In this document: positions 10,770-22,041 of the stretch, one piece after another
Layout of the letters: each line of letters starts with the position of its first letter
Position numbering within the stretch: the first letter of the stretch is position 1
Assembly (NCBI GenBank): GCA_001772615.1
Contig: MEUZ01000003.1
Location: 109,698 to 173,697, forward strand
Length of the DNA: 64,000 nt
Source: a candidate division WWE3 bacterium RIFCSPHIGHO2_01_FULL_40_23
Lineage (GTDB): Bacteria; Patescibacteriota; WWE3; UBA101185; 2-01-FULL-41-18
Direction of reading: 5' to 3'
Position numbers and translations under genes: made by a program
The notes under the pieces: model-generated
The model's input: the letters and a program-made list of their open reading frames with translations, nothing else
What the model was told of the DNA's origin: nothing
Databases searched by the model: none

Positions 10770-12304
10770 TTCGCGTTAACATCAAGAGAAAAAACATACA
10801 CATTAGGACCAAACCTCTGCTCGCTTCTCTCAAAAGACTTTATCAAAGTTAAAAACTTTTTCACATTTTTATATTCCTCTGTATCAGAAAGCCTATCATT
10901 AGTGGCTATCGTTAAGTACGTCGCAGTTTCATTAACACTTATGTAAGAAAGGGACTTTATTCTCCTGTTCTTGTTGTCTATTTTTTCCATAACAGGGTCA
11001 AGATCCCTTCCGGAGTATATAACTTCCTTATCCAAGGGAATGTTTTCACCCGCCCATTCATAAAAAAGATTTCTGGTATCTTTTTCGGATAGCTTCACTG
11101 CATACTTAATTGAGTAAACAAAGGGTGGGAGAAAGACCACCGAAAACAAAATTAAAGAGAGAAGTTTATGTGAAATAAACATCTTCTTTGAAAGAACAAG
11201 ATTGTAGAATAAATTTGCCAAATAACCCACCACTAAGCTCACAAATGGGAAAACAAGCATATAATAATGTATCCTATTTTTTGAAAAACCTGTGATATAA
11301 AGGAAATAAAATAAGCCAGGAAGATAAATAAAAATCTTATCACTAGTCCGTTTAGTAAAAATGAAATAAATAAAGAAAAGTTCAAAAAGGAGAAGGAAAG
11401 AATACCCAAAATCTGAAATAATTTTTGTTGTTAGAACCTTCGATAGCTGAACGAAATACTGATCGGTACTCACCTTTCCCACATTCTCAAACTGCCAGAA
11501 AGCCCCTTTAGGTCCGTCATCCCTGGTGAAAGTATCAAAGTCAAAAAGAGCATATGGGGTACCTACAAAAAAAGAAGTCAAAGAGACAAAAGCGGCAAGC
11601 AGAAGGTTGGCTGACGCCTTTTTAAAACCGTCACCTAGCCTTAAGAGTTCATGGGTTTTCAAATATAAAATATAAGCTAAGAAAATAACAAATACCGAAA
11701 ATCCTCCGTTATATTTAGTTGAAGCAGAAAGACCTGCAAATAAAGCGGCTAAAACATACCATTTCCTTTTCCCTTCTAGCATTATTAATGAAGAAAAATA
11801 AACGGAAAGACTAAACCAGAAGGTCATGGGAACATCAATGAGTGCAAAATGCGAGTTATATGCATGATATGGAAACAAGGTTATGGCAAGAGCTGATAAA
11901 AGCCCAACCCTCTCATTAAAAAGCTTTTTACCTGTGAGAAAAACAGGAATTGCAGTAAAAGCCCCCAGGGCTGCATTAAATATCCTTGAAGCAAGATAAA
12001 AAACAAGCGGGTCTCTCCATAAAATAGGCATCAAATTTGAAATAAAGGGTTTTAAACCAAGAACCTGAAAGGCACCTCTAACAACATATATAAGCATATA
12101 AAGAAAAAAGTTTAGGTAAAAATGAAGGTGCGGCCAATCAAAATGCTTGGGATTTGATTCAAACCTTATACCCGTCGCGGTTCTCACAAGCGCGGGCTCA
12201 TCTACACTATAAATAAAAGGAAAACCATAACTTATTCCATATAATCTTAAGAAAAGCCCTAATAATAATATCAATAAAAGAGGTTTACTCACCTTTTTTA
12301 ACAT
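10766..12304 (-). CDS. GT-C fold glycosyltransferase (GT39/PMT_2-like)
   Basis: LRL...VDE loop, ASTKY, polytopic. Confidence 0.85.
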   Translation of the reverse strand: MLKKVSKPLLLILLLGLFLRLYGISYGFPFIYSVDEPALVRTATGIRFESNPKHFDWPHLHFYLNFFLYMLIYVVRGAFQVLGLKPFISNLMPILWRDPLVFYLASRIFNAALGAFTAIPVFLTGKKLFNERVGLLSALAITLFPYHAYNSHFALIDVPMTFWFSLSVYFSSLIMLEGKRKWYVLAALFAGLSASTKYNGGFSVFVIFLAYILYLKTHELLRLGDGFKKASANLLLAAFVSLTSFFVGTPYALFDFDTFTRDDGPKGAFWQFENVGKVSTDQYFVQLSKVLTTKIISDFGYSFLLLFELFFIYFIFTKRTSDKIFIYLPGLFYFLYITGFSKNRIHYYMLVFPFVSLVVGYLANLFYNLVLSKKMFISHKLLSLILFSVVFLPPFVYSIKYAVKLSEKDTRNLFYEWAGENIPLDKEVIYSGRDLDPVMEKIDNKNRRIKSLSYISVNETATYLTIATNDRLSDTEEYKNVKKFLTLIKSFERSEQRFGPNVYVFSLDVNAK

Positions 12305-13829
12305 AAAAATTCCAGAAATTAATCCCCGCTATTTTAATCGTTTTGTCATACACGAATTTTCCTTTAGTTTTATCGGGGGCTATCTCATCACTATCCAAAA
12401 CCAAAATATCATAATTATGAGCACCGTATACCCTAGCATCAAAGACCATTGAGTTAGGATAAATTGTAGACATGGCCTTTCTGTCAACAAACCCCACCCT
12501 TACAAATCCATAGTTTTTTCTTATAAAATCCCTCACCTCAAAAATACCTATACCGAATGACTTTTGACCTATTACCCGATCGGCTACCCTTGGCCCTCCA
12601 AAAAGAGGACTATTATAAACAAAATAATAAGGAAAATACTGAACTAAAGGAATAATATTTATAACGACCAGCAAAAGCGTCAAGGCTGTTTTCACTGGTT
12701 TTCTTTTCACGTTTGAAAAAAAGCTTATTAGAAAATATGAAACCGAAATTATAATAATCGGATATAGCGGCAAAAGATATCTGTCTATTTTTTTATCAGC
12801 TATCTCAACTGCTAAAAAATAAAATAGAAAAAACAAGGAAAGAAAATATAAAATCCCCGGAGCTAGTAAAAGTGGAGGCTTCTTCTTTAAAATAACAGCT
12901 CTAAAAAGATAAACAAGAATTCCTAATGAAGAAAGTAATAATAAAGGAGAAAGCTTATATAAAAAAACAATTGGGTAATAAAAAGGTCCTGGGTTTTCCG
13001 TAACAACTCCGAAAAATTTCTCCTCATGCCCTTTTTCAACAACAAGCTTGCTTCCGGAGTAAATCTTTTTAAAAACCCTTACCGGATCATCCCATAAGGC
13101 TGGGAGTATCAAATATCCTGAAAAAAAGAAGAAAAATACATAAGAAAACAAAACAATTAAAAACTTTTTGAGCGTTATCTTTTTAAAGATATAAAGAAGA
13201 AAGGAAAAGGAAGTAAGAAAAAAGATCGCCAGTATAGAAATATTTTTTGTCCAAAATGAAAAGCCTATAAATAAAGAGGATAATATAAGCCATCCATAAG
13301 AATTTTTTTTGTACCACAAATAATAAGAAACCAAGCCGTTTATAAGAAGCAATGACAAAAGTGCATCCATGTGCAAGAGCCTTGCGTTCCCAAGAAAAAA
13401 AGGCTCAACTGTAAGGAAAAACCCCGCAAGAAAAGAAGTTTCTAGGGTAAAAATCTTGCTAAGGAGAAAAACTAAAATTAAAGTTAAGATAAGTAGGGAA
13501 ACATTAAGAGTGTACTTTGCAACGAAATGAAAGGCCTCATAGGAGAATCTGTCATACCCCACTCTTGGATTGGATAAACGCTTAAGAATTTCAACGGGAG
13601 CACCTGTGATAAGCATTAGAGTAACCCCTGGATGATAGTGTTGGTATGTTCTTCTGAAATCCCTGCTTTTAATCGCGTCTATATACTGCTCTGATCTAAA
13701 ATGCCAATTAAGGGCGTCAGGGTTCATTTCATCATTACCAAGCCTTGGTACATGGGTAATAAAATAAACAAAAGCAAAAACAATGGAATAGATAAAAACT
13801 TTATTTTTCAATAGCATAAAAAACCCCAC
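12285..13829 (-). CDS. GT-C fold membrane glycosyltransferase, paralog of 9144-10769
   Basis: HPGVTLM, VEPFF, WTK, KKIDRYLLP. Confidence 0.8.
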   Translation of the reverse strand: MGFFMLLKNKVFIYSIVFAFVYFITHVPRLGNDEMNPDALNWHFRSEQYIDAIKSRDFRRTYQHYHPGVTLMLITGAPVEILKRLSNPRVGYDRFSYEAFHFVAKYTLNVSLLILTLILVFLLSKIFTLETSFLAGFFLTVEPFFLGNARLLHMDALLSLLLINGLVSYYLWYKKNSYGWLILSSLFIGFSFWTKNISILAIFFLTSFSFLLYIFKKITLKKFLIVLFSYVFFFFFSGYLILPALWDDPVRVFKKIYSGSKLVVEKGHEEKFFGVVTENPGPFYYPIVFLYKLSPLLLLSSLGILVYLFRAVILKKKPPLLLAPGILYFLSLFFLFYFLAVEIADKKIDRYLLPLYPIIIISVSYFLISFFSNVKRKPVKTALTLLLVVINIIPLVQYFPYYFVYNSPLFGGPRVADRVIGQKSFGIGIFEVRDFIRKNYGFVRVGFVDRKAMSTIYPNSMVFDARVYGAHNYDILVLDSDEIAPDKTKGKFVYDKTIKIAGINFWNFYVKKGE

Positions 13830-14691
13830 CCAGAAGACTTACTAAAAGCCTTATAAGATGATAAACGATAGATGCCGAAATGGCTCCTTCAAGCGAAACT
13901 CCCACCTGCAAGAAAAGAAGCCCGTAGAGAGCATCCTGAACCCCAAAAGAATTCTGGGAGGGTATGAAAAAACTCGCGAGTATTATCACTGGGAAGGCAA
14001 AAAAGGAAAACCCTAAAGGAATAGGAAATCCTAGTGAAACAAAAATAAAATGCTGCGTAAGGATTGAAAATACCTGAACAAAAATAGAAGTTATAAAGGC
14101 GTAAATTAAAACTCCCTTCTGCCCTTTATATACTTTTAACGCGTCTGAAAACTCTTTTAACTTTCTAATCTTCAAAGAAAGCTTATCAATAACCTTAAAG
14201 AATACAAAAATTGCAACCCAAAACCCGAAAAACATCAAAAAGCCATAGATTTTAAAAACCCCAATCAAACCATAAGTAGCAAATAAACTTAAAATTACAA
14301 CACCGCTGAATCTTTCCATAAACGTTGCGGCAAAGGCTTTAGAATGATCTTTTATATATCGTCCAAGCCTAAAAGCCTTATAAACATCTCCCCCAATACT
14401 AGTTGGTAGAAAATTATTAAAAAATGCTCCTATAAAATAAAGTTTAACCAAAGTAAAAAGTTTAACATGCTCTGTTCCATCAAAAATACTTAACAGCTTT
14501 CTCCACCTTAAAGAAGAAACCACATAATTTAAAATGATAAAGGAAAGAATTATAGGTAAATAAAAAAAGTCAATCCCTTTAATGCTTTCTATAAACAATC
14601 TTTTATCAATCTTATAAAAGATTAAAGCTAACAAAAAGATACTGACAAAAACTTTTATCAACGTTTTTTTAAAATTTTCGGTTTCCTTCAT
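13801..14691 (-). CDS. Flippase-like LPG_synthase_TM (UPF0104/AglD2-like) protein
   Basis: LRWRKLL, FFNNFLPTSIGGD, ER motif. Confidence 0.88.
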   Translation of the reverse strand: MKETENFKKTLIKVFVSIFLLALIFYKIDKRLFIESIKGIDFFYLPIILSFIILNYVVSSLRWRKLLSIFDGTEHVKLFTLVKLYFIGAFFNNFLPTSIGGDVYKAFRLGRYIKDHSKAFAATFMERFSGVVILSLFATYGLIGVFKIYGFLMFFGFWVAIFVFFKVIDKLSLKIRKLKEFSDALKVYKGQKGVLIYAFITSIFVQVFSILTQHFIFVSLGFPIPLGFSFFAFPVIILASFFIPSQNSFGVQDALYGLLFLQVGVSLEGAISASIVYHLIRLLVSLLGGVFYAIEK

Positions 14692-16133
14692 CTTTTTAAA
14701 TTTAATATCAACCGTTTAATACTAATAACCTTCAACTTATCTACAACGTATAAACAAATTAGAGAGTACACTAAGTAAAACAAAAATCTAAGTAGGAAAC
14801 CAGACACAAAAAAGTGTGGGAAGGTTATAAGCGTTAAGCAAATTGTCAGAACCAAAAACTTTTGATCAAGAATATTAAATTTAAGACCCCTCTTAATCAT
14901 AAAATATAAACTAATAAATGAAAGCGCAGAGCCCAAAAATAAAGCGAGAGACATTGAATTTATACTACTAAACTTAAGAACAGATAACATAAAAAATGAT
15001 GCAACCGAAGTAAAAAGAAGAATAAAATATGAAACGGACATCTCAACAATCATTTTAGAGGGTATGAGGATACTTGATTTAATAATGTTAACATAGGAGT
15101 AAAATGTGAAGGCAAGAACAAGAGGTACTATTATCGGAAAAACGGACGAGTATTTTGATCCCACAGCAAATAAAATTATCTCCTTTGAAAAGTATATTTG
15201 AGAAAGAGCCGCAAACAATATCAAGACATAAAGCTTGTCAAAATTTTCGTGGAAAAGTTTCTTAAAACCTTCAAGGTTTTGGGTAAATTCTTTTGAAAAT
15301 ACAGGAAGGTTTACATCAGTTAGGGCATCAGAAATCGCCATAAGCTTGGATGAATAAAGAACCGCAAAACTGAAAATCCCAACGACCTCTAGAGACTCAA
15401 AATACCCTAAAGTGATTTGGCCAAACTTATACCATAACGTATATAAAACTTTAACAAAGTATATTCCAAGACTTAATATAAGCACATTTCTAAAAATCAG
15501 TTTAAACTCCCCTCCCGATGGAAGCTTTAAATGAGATCTTATAGGCCATAAAGCAAGAAAAGCCAAACTAAAAGATGACACAACATTAAACAAAGTCAAA
15601 GCAATAAAATAACCGTTCACACGATAATAAAAAACCAATGGTGCATAAAGAACAAGACTGACGAGCGATATACAAGCCTGATATAAAAAAAGCCTCTTAA
15701 ATCTTTGAAGACCTGCAATAACTGAATTAAATATGCTTTGAACTCCCTGTATAACCAAAACAAGAGAGTAAAGCCTCAACGGAAAAATTATTTCACTATG
15801 TTTATAAACATGCTCCGAAAGATAAGGAGCTAAAATAAAAAGACCAAGAGCAATAGGCAGTGTAATTATATATTTAATGGCTACGGAAGAAACAAAAATC
15901 TTAAATACGTCTTCTTCCCCTTTAGATGCGGAGATTTCCCTTGTTGTTCCCGATGCAAGGCCCAAATGTTGTGCGATACCAAAAAGGGCTCCGACGGCAC
16001 CCACAATCCCCACCAAACCAAACTCCGAAACCGTCAGAATCCTTGTAATAATTACACTCTGAAGAAGACCGACAACAAGGGCTGAAAACCTTGAGATTAT
16101 GCTAAATATCTGCCATTTACCAAGGCTACTCAC
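14688..16133 (-). CDS. Oligosaccharide flippase (Wzx family)
   Basis: TRILTVSEFG, VGIFS, about 14 TM. Confidence 0.82.
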   Translation of the reverse strand: MSSLGKWQIFSIISRFSALVVGLLQSVIITRILTVSEFGLVGIVGAVGALFGIAQHLGLASGTTREISASKGEEDVFKIFVSSVAIKYIITLPIALGLFILAPYLSEHVYKHSEIIFPLRLYSLVLVIQGVQSIFNSVIAGLQRFKRLFLYQACISLVSLVLYAPLVFYYRVNGYFIALTLFNVVSSFSLAFLALWPIRSHLKLPSGGEFKLIFRNVLILSLGIYFVKVLYTLWYKFGQITLGYFESLEVVGIFSFAVLYSSKLMAISDALTDVNLPVFSKEFTQNLEGFKKLFHENFDKLYVLILFAALSQIYFSKEIILFAVGSKYSSVFPIIVPLVLAFTFYSYVNIIKSSILIPSKMIVEMSVSYFILLFTSVASFFMLSVLKFSSINSMSLALFLGSALSFISLYFMIKRGLKFNILDQKFLVLTICLTLITFPHFFVSGFLLRFLFYLVYSLICLYVVDKLKVISIKRLILNLKR

Positions 16134-17563
16134 AACTTTCTCCTAACTAAATAAACTTCCGTAAGCAAATTGCCGTTATCGTCATAAAATGACTCAATCG
16201 GTGCTTGATTTTTTACTCTACCGCTTTTCTTCCTAAGAAGACTCTGCGAATTATAAACATAAATGTATAAATCATACTTAGACATGGGATCCTTTAAAGG
16301 TTTTATATAATATTTTATAAGTTTATCTCCCTCATTTGATAACACGGATGCAACACTTTCATTCGTACGGATGAACTCATTAGCTTCTTTAAGCCTCCTG
16401 TTATAAGGAAAACCAAAAATACTTAAATGGTAATAATCTGATGGCATGGAAACTTTCCAAAAAAGAATCTTTTTCTCTGCCCATGGATACTCAACCTCAT
16501 GGTCAACAAAAATTAAATAGCTTTGGTACAAAAAGAAAAGGAAAGCAAGAGAAACACCTAAACCATATGTAATCTTAATAACTTGATTCTCAAGCAACTT
16601 GTATACAGCTACAATTCCATAGGAAGCTATAACAATAGTAGGAGGAAGATAATTATATATATGAGTCCCGGGAACTGAAGCAATAAAATTAAGGGTAATA
16701 AAAGAAGGCAAAAGCCATAAAAACATCGGCAAAAGCTTCCTATTTCCAAAAATTACACCTGCGACAAAAAACAAAATCAAAAAGTAATATGTAAAAAGGG
16801 GGTTATAAAGTTTGAAAGTAACAGAAGTGTCGGAAACTTTGTCAACCCCTCCTTCAAGTCTCTCAAAAAGATAGCTTTTTGTATTGGAAAAAGAAGAGCT
16901 TGTTAAAAAAGGAACATAAAACAATGAAACCAAAATAGTGAAAATTAAAAATCCAAAAAACAAAAAATATAACTTCTTTGACAAAAATCCTCCTTTAAGC
17001 CACTGATAAAGAAAATAAGCAACTATCAATAAAACAAACGCACCATCGTAATGAGCTAGAAGACCCAAACCAAGAAAGATAAAAGACAAAATTAGGTGGA
17101 GCAGTTTTTTGCTTCGTCTTAACTTCTCAAAGAAAAAAAGTGATAATAAATAAAATAAGAACGTAAAAGACTGATATTGAACTATTCTTGAAAAAGCAAC
17201 AAAAAAACCATTGACAGATAAAAACAGAGAAGAAAGTAGAGCTACCTTCTTTCCATACATCTGTCTTATGAAAAAATAAAAAATAAAAACCGAAAGAACT
17301 CCCGCTAAGAAAAAGGGGGACCTTGTGATAAATTCATCATAACGCTCGGAAAATAAGCTAACAGCAAAAGTGACAAGAAACTGGATCGGCCCCTTCTTTT
17401 GGGAAAGCAAGAATTCAGTTAAGGGCGCACCTTTAACATATAAAGCTCTGATCTCATCTCCCTGAAACTCCGAATAAGACAGGTTTGAGAGCCTCAAAAA
17501 GACGCTAACCGCAAGCAAAAAGATAAGACCTATTATTTCTTTCCTTCTTAACAAATACCTCAT
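16130..17563 (-). CDS. GT-C fold glycosyltransferase (ArnT/GT39-like)
   Basis: LRL...GDE, SRIVQY, AHY; polytopic. Confidence 0.8.
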   Translation of the reverse strand: MRYLLRRKEIIGLIFLLAVSVFLRLSNLSYSEFQGDEIRALYVKGAPLTEFLLSQKKGPIQFLVTFAVSLFSERYDEFITRSPFFLAGVLSVFIFYFFIRQMYGKKVALLSSLFLSVNGFFVAFSRIVQYQSFTFLFYLLSLFFFEKLRRSKKLLHLILSFIFLGLGLLAHYDGAFVLLIVAYFLYQWLKGGFLSKKLYFLFFGFLIFTILVSLFYVPFLTSSSFSNTKSYLFERLEGGVDKVSDTSVTFKLYNPLFTYYFLILFFVAGVIFGNRKLLPMFLWLLPSFITLNFIASVPGTHIYNYLPPTIVIASYGIVAVYKLLENQVIKITYGLGVSLAFLFFLYQSYLIFVDHEVEYPWAEKKILFWKVSMPSDYYHLSIFGFPYNRRLKEANEFIRTNESVASVLSNEGDKLIKYYIKPLKDPMSKYDLYIYVYNSQSLLRKKSGRVKNQAPIESFYDDNGNLLTEVYLVRRKL

Positions 17564-19602
17564 CTAACAAAAACCTTCCCAAGGAATATATTGTAAGTTT
17601 TTATGTTGTTCGTCATTCCAACAAATACATTATAATTTCCGCTTGGAGAGGAATCAGGAAGTACAAATTTATTATCTTCAAGATAATAAACCCCCTCTTC
17701 CCAGTTTAAGGGAGGGTTCACACCAAAAGAAGGCAGGTTAGCTATCTGATGAATATACTTTCCATCTTCACTCTTAAAAGAAGTATAAATCACGTATGCG
17801 TTCAAGCTCGCGTCCCCTTCCTTCTTATACACAAAATTAACCTCAAACTCCTTTCCCTTTTCAATAATTTGCGGAAGGTTAAAATCGGATAGGTAAAGAC
17901 TCTGCCCTATTGAATAATTAACCTTTTCAACGTAGTCAAAATCCTCCTGCAGAGGAAGGATCCTTTCACCCGGGCCGGAAGTCTCCTTTTTAAAAACAAA
18001 AATATTGGAGCATGAGTAGATAAGTTTATAATCGGGATTTCTCAAAATATGTCCCACAACTTTATTTATTAAATCAAGATTAACTCCAAGTATAGATAAA
18101 ACTTTTTTGGAATTAACATCAACGACAACATAGTCGGAAGTATCAAAGTTTGCGGGAAATAAAGCATTTACCCTTCTTGTTGAAAAATGGGCACCTAAAT
18201 AATCCGGTGCCGTTACTGTAGCACTCGATGGAACAAGGCTAACAACCCCATCAAAACAGTTCCAGTCTTTGGTTTCAAGCCTGTTTACTTTAACCCTTTC
18301 ACCTTCTTTATAGTTCTTAATCTCATCTACCTCACCTGACGCAAAAGCAAATCTTCTACCTAATGACTGTGTGAACCATAGCAGAATAGGGTTTTGATAA
18401 AGGTTTGACGTATAGATATTAGTAGCAAGCAATAAAATTGAAATAAAGAGTGAAAGTTTTTTAGGCTCTTTTCTTAAAAATACCCTATAAGCATCTTCAA
18501 ATAATTTGATGGAAAATAAAACAGAGATAAATAAAATTGGGATGATCATACTTATACGGTGGTTATAAATTTCGGCTGTCCCAACACCTGACTGCGTTGT
18601 TAGATAATTGATTAAAAATTCTGGGGAAGATATTAGAAGGATTGGAAGATAGAAAACGGGAAGATATAAAAGAGGCATAAAAGTCATATTAAAGTTTTCT
18701 TTTCTATCCCCAGAGAAAAAAATTTTAATTACCTTTCCTGGGTCAAGCGCCATATTCTTTAAAATCTCAAGATAAGACTCCCCAAACTCCTCATACCTGC
18801 TTAGGAAGTAGTTAGGTTTAAGGACATCCTTTTTAGCGTCTATATCAACTCCGATACTTTGAACAAACCTCTGATAACCCTCTATCCTGTAGTGTGAAGC
18901 GTTTGGTATCAAAACAAAAAAAGTTATAAAAAACCACAAGAGGGAGATGGTCCCCATTAATAAAGCGATCTTTCTTTGCCCTCTAAAAAAGAAAATGAAC
19001 CCAGCGTATGCAAGAATTATAAGAGAAATTTCCTCCTTTCCTGCCATCGTTAAAAGAATTAGAAAAAAGAACAATAAAACTTTATTTCGGGTAAATAATC
19101 TCTTTATATACATGTCCTCAAGCAAAAGAAATGCACCTAAGAAGAAAGGAACCACTGACGTGACACCGTGAAAACCCGTCCAAGCGAGAAGATATCCTAC
19201 GGCAGGATAAAAAAGAAAGGACAAAGCCACGAACATAGATGCAAACTTTGAGTTTAAAATCCTTGTCCCGATTAGATAAAGAAGAAATGATGAAGAAATA
19301 AGCAGAAAAAGTTGAGCAACAACAAGAATCCTTGCATCCGGAAATACTGCATAAAATGGAACAAAGACGAGAAGGAATGGATCAACGTGGCTCATCCCCC
19401 ACCTTGGCATATTTGCGCCGAAATAATCGGTCACCTCCATAAACCTTCCATTAAGAGTGTTGTAAACCATTTGGCTCATGTTTCCAAGGTCAAATTTACC
19501 GTATTCATAATTGCGATACCTGAACATCGTAACTCTCACCGATGTTATAAATACAATCGCCGCCATTCCTACTACTATAAATAAGGGGAGGCTTCTTTTC
19601 AT
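17560..19602 (-). CDS. DUF2079-family membrane protein (putative GT-C)
   Basis: FDLGNMSQ, H.DP, FH, KEE motifs; likely start is ATG 19602. Confidence 0.75.
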   Translation of the reverse strand: MKRSLPLFIVVGMAAIVFITSVRVTMFRYRNYEYGKFDLGNMSQMVYNTLNGRFMEVTDYFGANMPRWGMSHVDPFLLVFVPFYAVFPDARILVVAQLFLLISSSFLLYLIGTRILNSKFASMFVALSFLFYPAVGYLLAWTGFHGVTSVVPFFLGAFLLLEDMYIKRLFTRNKVLLFFFLILLTMAGKEEISLIILAYAGFIFFFRGQRKIALLMGTISLLWFFITFFVLIPNASHYRIEGYQRFVQSIGVDIDAKKDVLKPNYFLSRYEEFGESYLEILKNMALDPGKVIKIFFSGDRKENFNMTFMPLLYLPVFYLPILLISSPEFLINYLTTQSGVGTAEIYNHRISMIIPILFISVLFSIKLFEDAYRVFLRKEPKKLSLFISILLLATNIYTSNLYQNPILLWFTQSLGRRFAFASGEVDEIKNYKEGERVKVNRLETKDWNCFDGVVSLVPSSATVTAPDYLGAHFSTRRVNALFPANFDTSDYVVVDVNSKKVLSILGVNLDLINKVVGHILRNPDYKLIYSCSNIFVFKKETSGPGERILPLQEDFDYVEKVNYSIGQSLYLSDFNLPQIIEKGKEFEVNFVYKKEGDASLNAYVIYTSFKSEDGKYIHQIANLPSFGVNPPLNWEEGVYYLEDNKFVLPDSSPSGNYNVFVGMTNNIKTYNIFLGKVFVR

Positions 19603-19615
19603 ATTTTTAATCGTT

Positions 19616-20782
19616 TTAGACTCGTAATTTATCATATACAAAGTCTACCTTTCTCGCTTGTGCATCCCATGAGAAACGGCTTCTGATAAGATTTATGTCA
19701 ATCTTAACACTCTCCTCCGTTATTTTTGTAATAAGCTCTGCTAGACTATCCGCACTATGAACCTTAACTTCATACAAACCTTTAATATCTAGAGGAAGTT
19801 TAAACCCCGATGCCGCCACAGAAATACCGCATGATAATGCTTCCAATACCACTTTCGGAAACCCTTCATAAACAGATGGGAGAACAAAAACATCTGACAA
19901 CTGATAATAAATCGGCAGTTCTGGATTAGACTTTTCACCTACAAATTTAACTCTTAATCCCAAACCTTCACTTGCAACTATCTCTTTAAGTTTATCCACA
20001 TATGCTTTCTCTCCCTTGCCAACAAGCATTACTACAAAGTTAGAGGGTAAAAACTTTAGAGACTCAACAATAAGGTGTATGTTTTTTCTGTCTACAAAGG
20101 CGCCGATATTAGATACTACAACTGCATCTTCTTTGATTCCTACTCGCCTTCTTAAATCCAATTTTTCGTAAGGGTTGCAGGGTTTAAAGATATCGGTATC
20201 AACTCCTGATTCTATAACTATTAACTTTTTTTCATCGGCTGAATACTCCTTAATAAAATCATTCTTAACCGATTCACTGACGCAGATACAGTAACTCGCT
20301 AACTTCAGCGCTAATACTTCTGACAATTTGTGCAGGGGCCATTCAATGAACTTACTAAGAACATAGATCCTCTTGCCCGAATGCAGGATTTCGTTTTCCC
20401 TAGCCTTAGAGCAAATGTGAAAGTGAGCAACTATTGGAGTTTTATCAATAAATCCAAAAAGAAATTTATAGATATAAATATAGAGTCCAAAGTGTCCATG
20501 TAAATGAAGAACGTCCACTTTATGGAAAAGTCTCCAAAATACAAAGTAAATAGCCATCAATGGTGCCGTCGTTACAAGGGCTGTCCCCTTTATTGGGGCT
20601 CTTAGAAAAGCCTTAATATCAACATTACTAAGTAATTCTAAAGCACCAGCCTTTGGCCATCTTGCACAAAAAACAGTTATGTGGTGGCCAAGCTTTGTCT
20701 GTGCTTTCGTCATACCATAAAGAGCAGGAGCAAGTCCTGTCCACGGTGGCGGCCATTCATAAACGACTCTTAATATCTTCAC
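19616..20782 (-). CDS. Glycosyltransferase family 4
   Basis: GVDTDIF, KN, EGFPKVVLEA. Confidence 0.9.
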   Translation of the reverse strand: MKILRVVYEWPPPWTGLAPALYGMTKAQTKLGHHITVFCARWPKAGALELLSNVDIKAFLRAPIKGTALVTTAPLMAIYFVFWRLFHKVDVLHLHGHFGLYIYIYKFLFGFIDKTPIVAHFHICSKARENEILHSGKRIYVLSKFIEWPLHKLSEVLALKLASYCICVSESVKNDFIKEYSADEKKLIVIESGVDTDIFKPCNPYEKLDLRRRVGIKEDAVVVSNIGAFVDRKNIHLIVESLKFLPSNFVVMLVGKGEKAYVDKLKEIVASEGLGLRVKFVGEKSNPELPIYYQLSDVFVLPSVYEGFPKVVLEALSCGISVAASGFKLPLDIKGLYEVKVHSADSLAELITKITEESVKIDINLIRSRFSWDAQARKVDFVYDKLRV

Positions 20783-20831
20783 ACGTGGATTATATCAACT
20801 AAAACCCTTACCCAAAAAGGTCTTTTATATC

Positions 20832-22040
20832 TTATTCGGAGTTTAATACCTCCGATATTACCTCTAAATACTGATTGGCCATTTTTTCCACAGAGAAAAG
20901 TTCCTTGGCTTTTTTTAGAGCACCCTCTCCCATCCTAACTCTTAATTTTGGATCGTTAAGTAAAAGCTTAATTTTCTGTGTGAAATCCCTCCAATTTCCG
21001 GCTTTAATTAAAAATCCCGTCTCATTATCAAAAACGCCCTCGTTTACCCCTCCAAGATCCATGGCCACAATAGGAAGCGAGGCCATCATTGCTTCAGGGA
21101 TCGTCACTGGAAAGCCTTCTCTTCTTTTTGTAGGAAGAATAAAAATGTGGGAACTTTCATAGAACTCCTTTAATTCCTCTCTTTTTACAAAGCCAAAAAA
21201 GTGTATCCTATCGGAAACACCCTTTGACTGGGCATATTCTTTCAAAGCTTTTTCATCACTCCCTCTTCCCACAATGTTAAGTCTTAAATCCCCTAACACC
21301 TCCGATAAAAAACTTACACAGTCAACAAGTTCAAATAGCCCTTTATCTTTCTCAACCCTTCCAACATAAATCAAAGAAGGTTTGGAAGTTTCTCTTATTT
21401 TAGGATCCACACCCATATCCTCCACTCCGTTATAAATAACCTTGACCATTTCTCTACTTATACCTGTTTCAAAGATAATGTTGTCTTTTACGAAGAGAGA
21501 AACGGCAACCACCAAATCGCTCCCATGAATAAATTCTTTCTGTCTTGTAAGAAGGGTTTTTAGCACGTATACAAAATCCTTAAGCATCCCCGGCAGGCTT
21601 AATAGTCTTTTAGGCCTCGATAATACTGTTTTAAGCTCCCCTAATATTGTGCCGTGTGCGATAGAAATAACAGGAATGCCTACCTCATTTTTGTGTCTGA
21701 TAATACCCAAACCTGCCGAGCTTTGACTTAAAGCTATATCATACGGGAAGTTTTTATGGTCTTCTAAAAACATCTCAAAGCTTTCCTTATACCATTCATC
21801 CCTTACGTTACTTCCTAAAATATGGTCAGTAAAAATTTTATTTTTGGGCTTTACGTTAACAAACTTATAAAGAACCCCGTTAACGGTTTCCTCAATGCCA
21901 TTAAGCTCACCAGCAGGTGAGTAAACTGTAACTGCGTGCCCCCTTTGGGTAAAGGCCTCGCAAAGAATCTTGTTTTGAACCTCAAGTCCTCCATGATTTG
22001 GGTGAAAAGTTGTTGATTTAATAAATACAGCTATATTCAT
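20832..22040 (-). CDS. Glycosyltransferase family 4
   Basis: GGLE, VGRVEKDKG, EGFPVTIPEAM. Confidence 0.92.
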   Translation of the reverse strand: MNIAVFIKSTTFHPNHGGLEVQNKILCEAFTQRGHAVTVYSPAGELNGIEETVNGVLYKFVNVKPKNKIFTDHILGSNVRDEWYKESFEMFLEDHKNFPYDIALSQSSAGLGIIRHKNEVGIPVISIAHGTILGELKTVLSRPKRLLSLPGMLKDFVYVLKTLLTRQKEFIHGSDLVVAVSLFVKDNIIFETGISREMVKVIYNGVEDMGVDPKIRETSKPSLIYVGRVEKDKGLFELVDCVSFLSEVLGDLRLNIVGRGSDEKALKEYAQSKGVSDRIHFFGFVKREELKEFYESSHIFILPTKRREGFPVTIPEAMMASLPIVAMDLGGVNEGVFDNETGFLIKAGNWRDFTQKIKLLLNDPKLRVRMGEGALKKAKELFSVEKMANQYLEVISEVLNSE

Positions 22041-22041
22041 T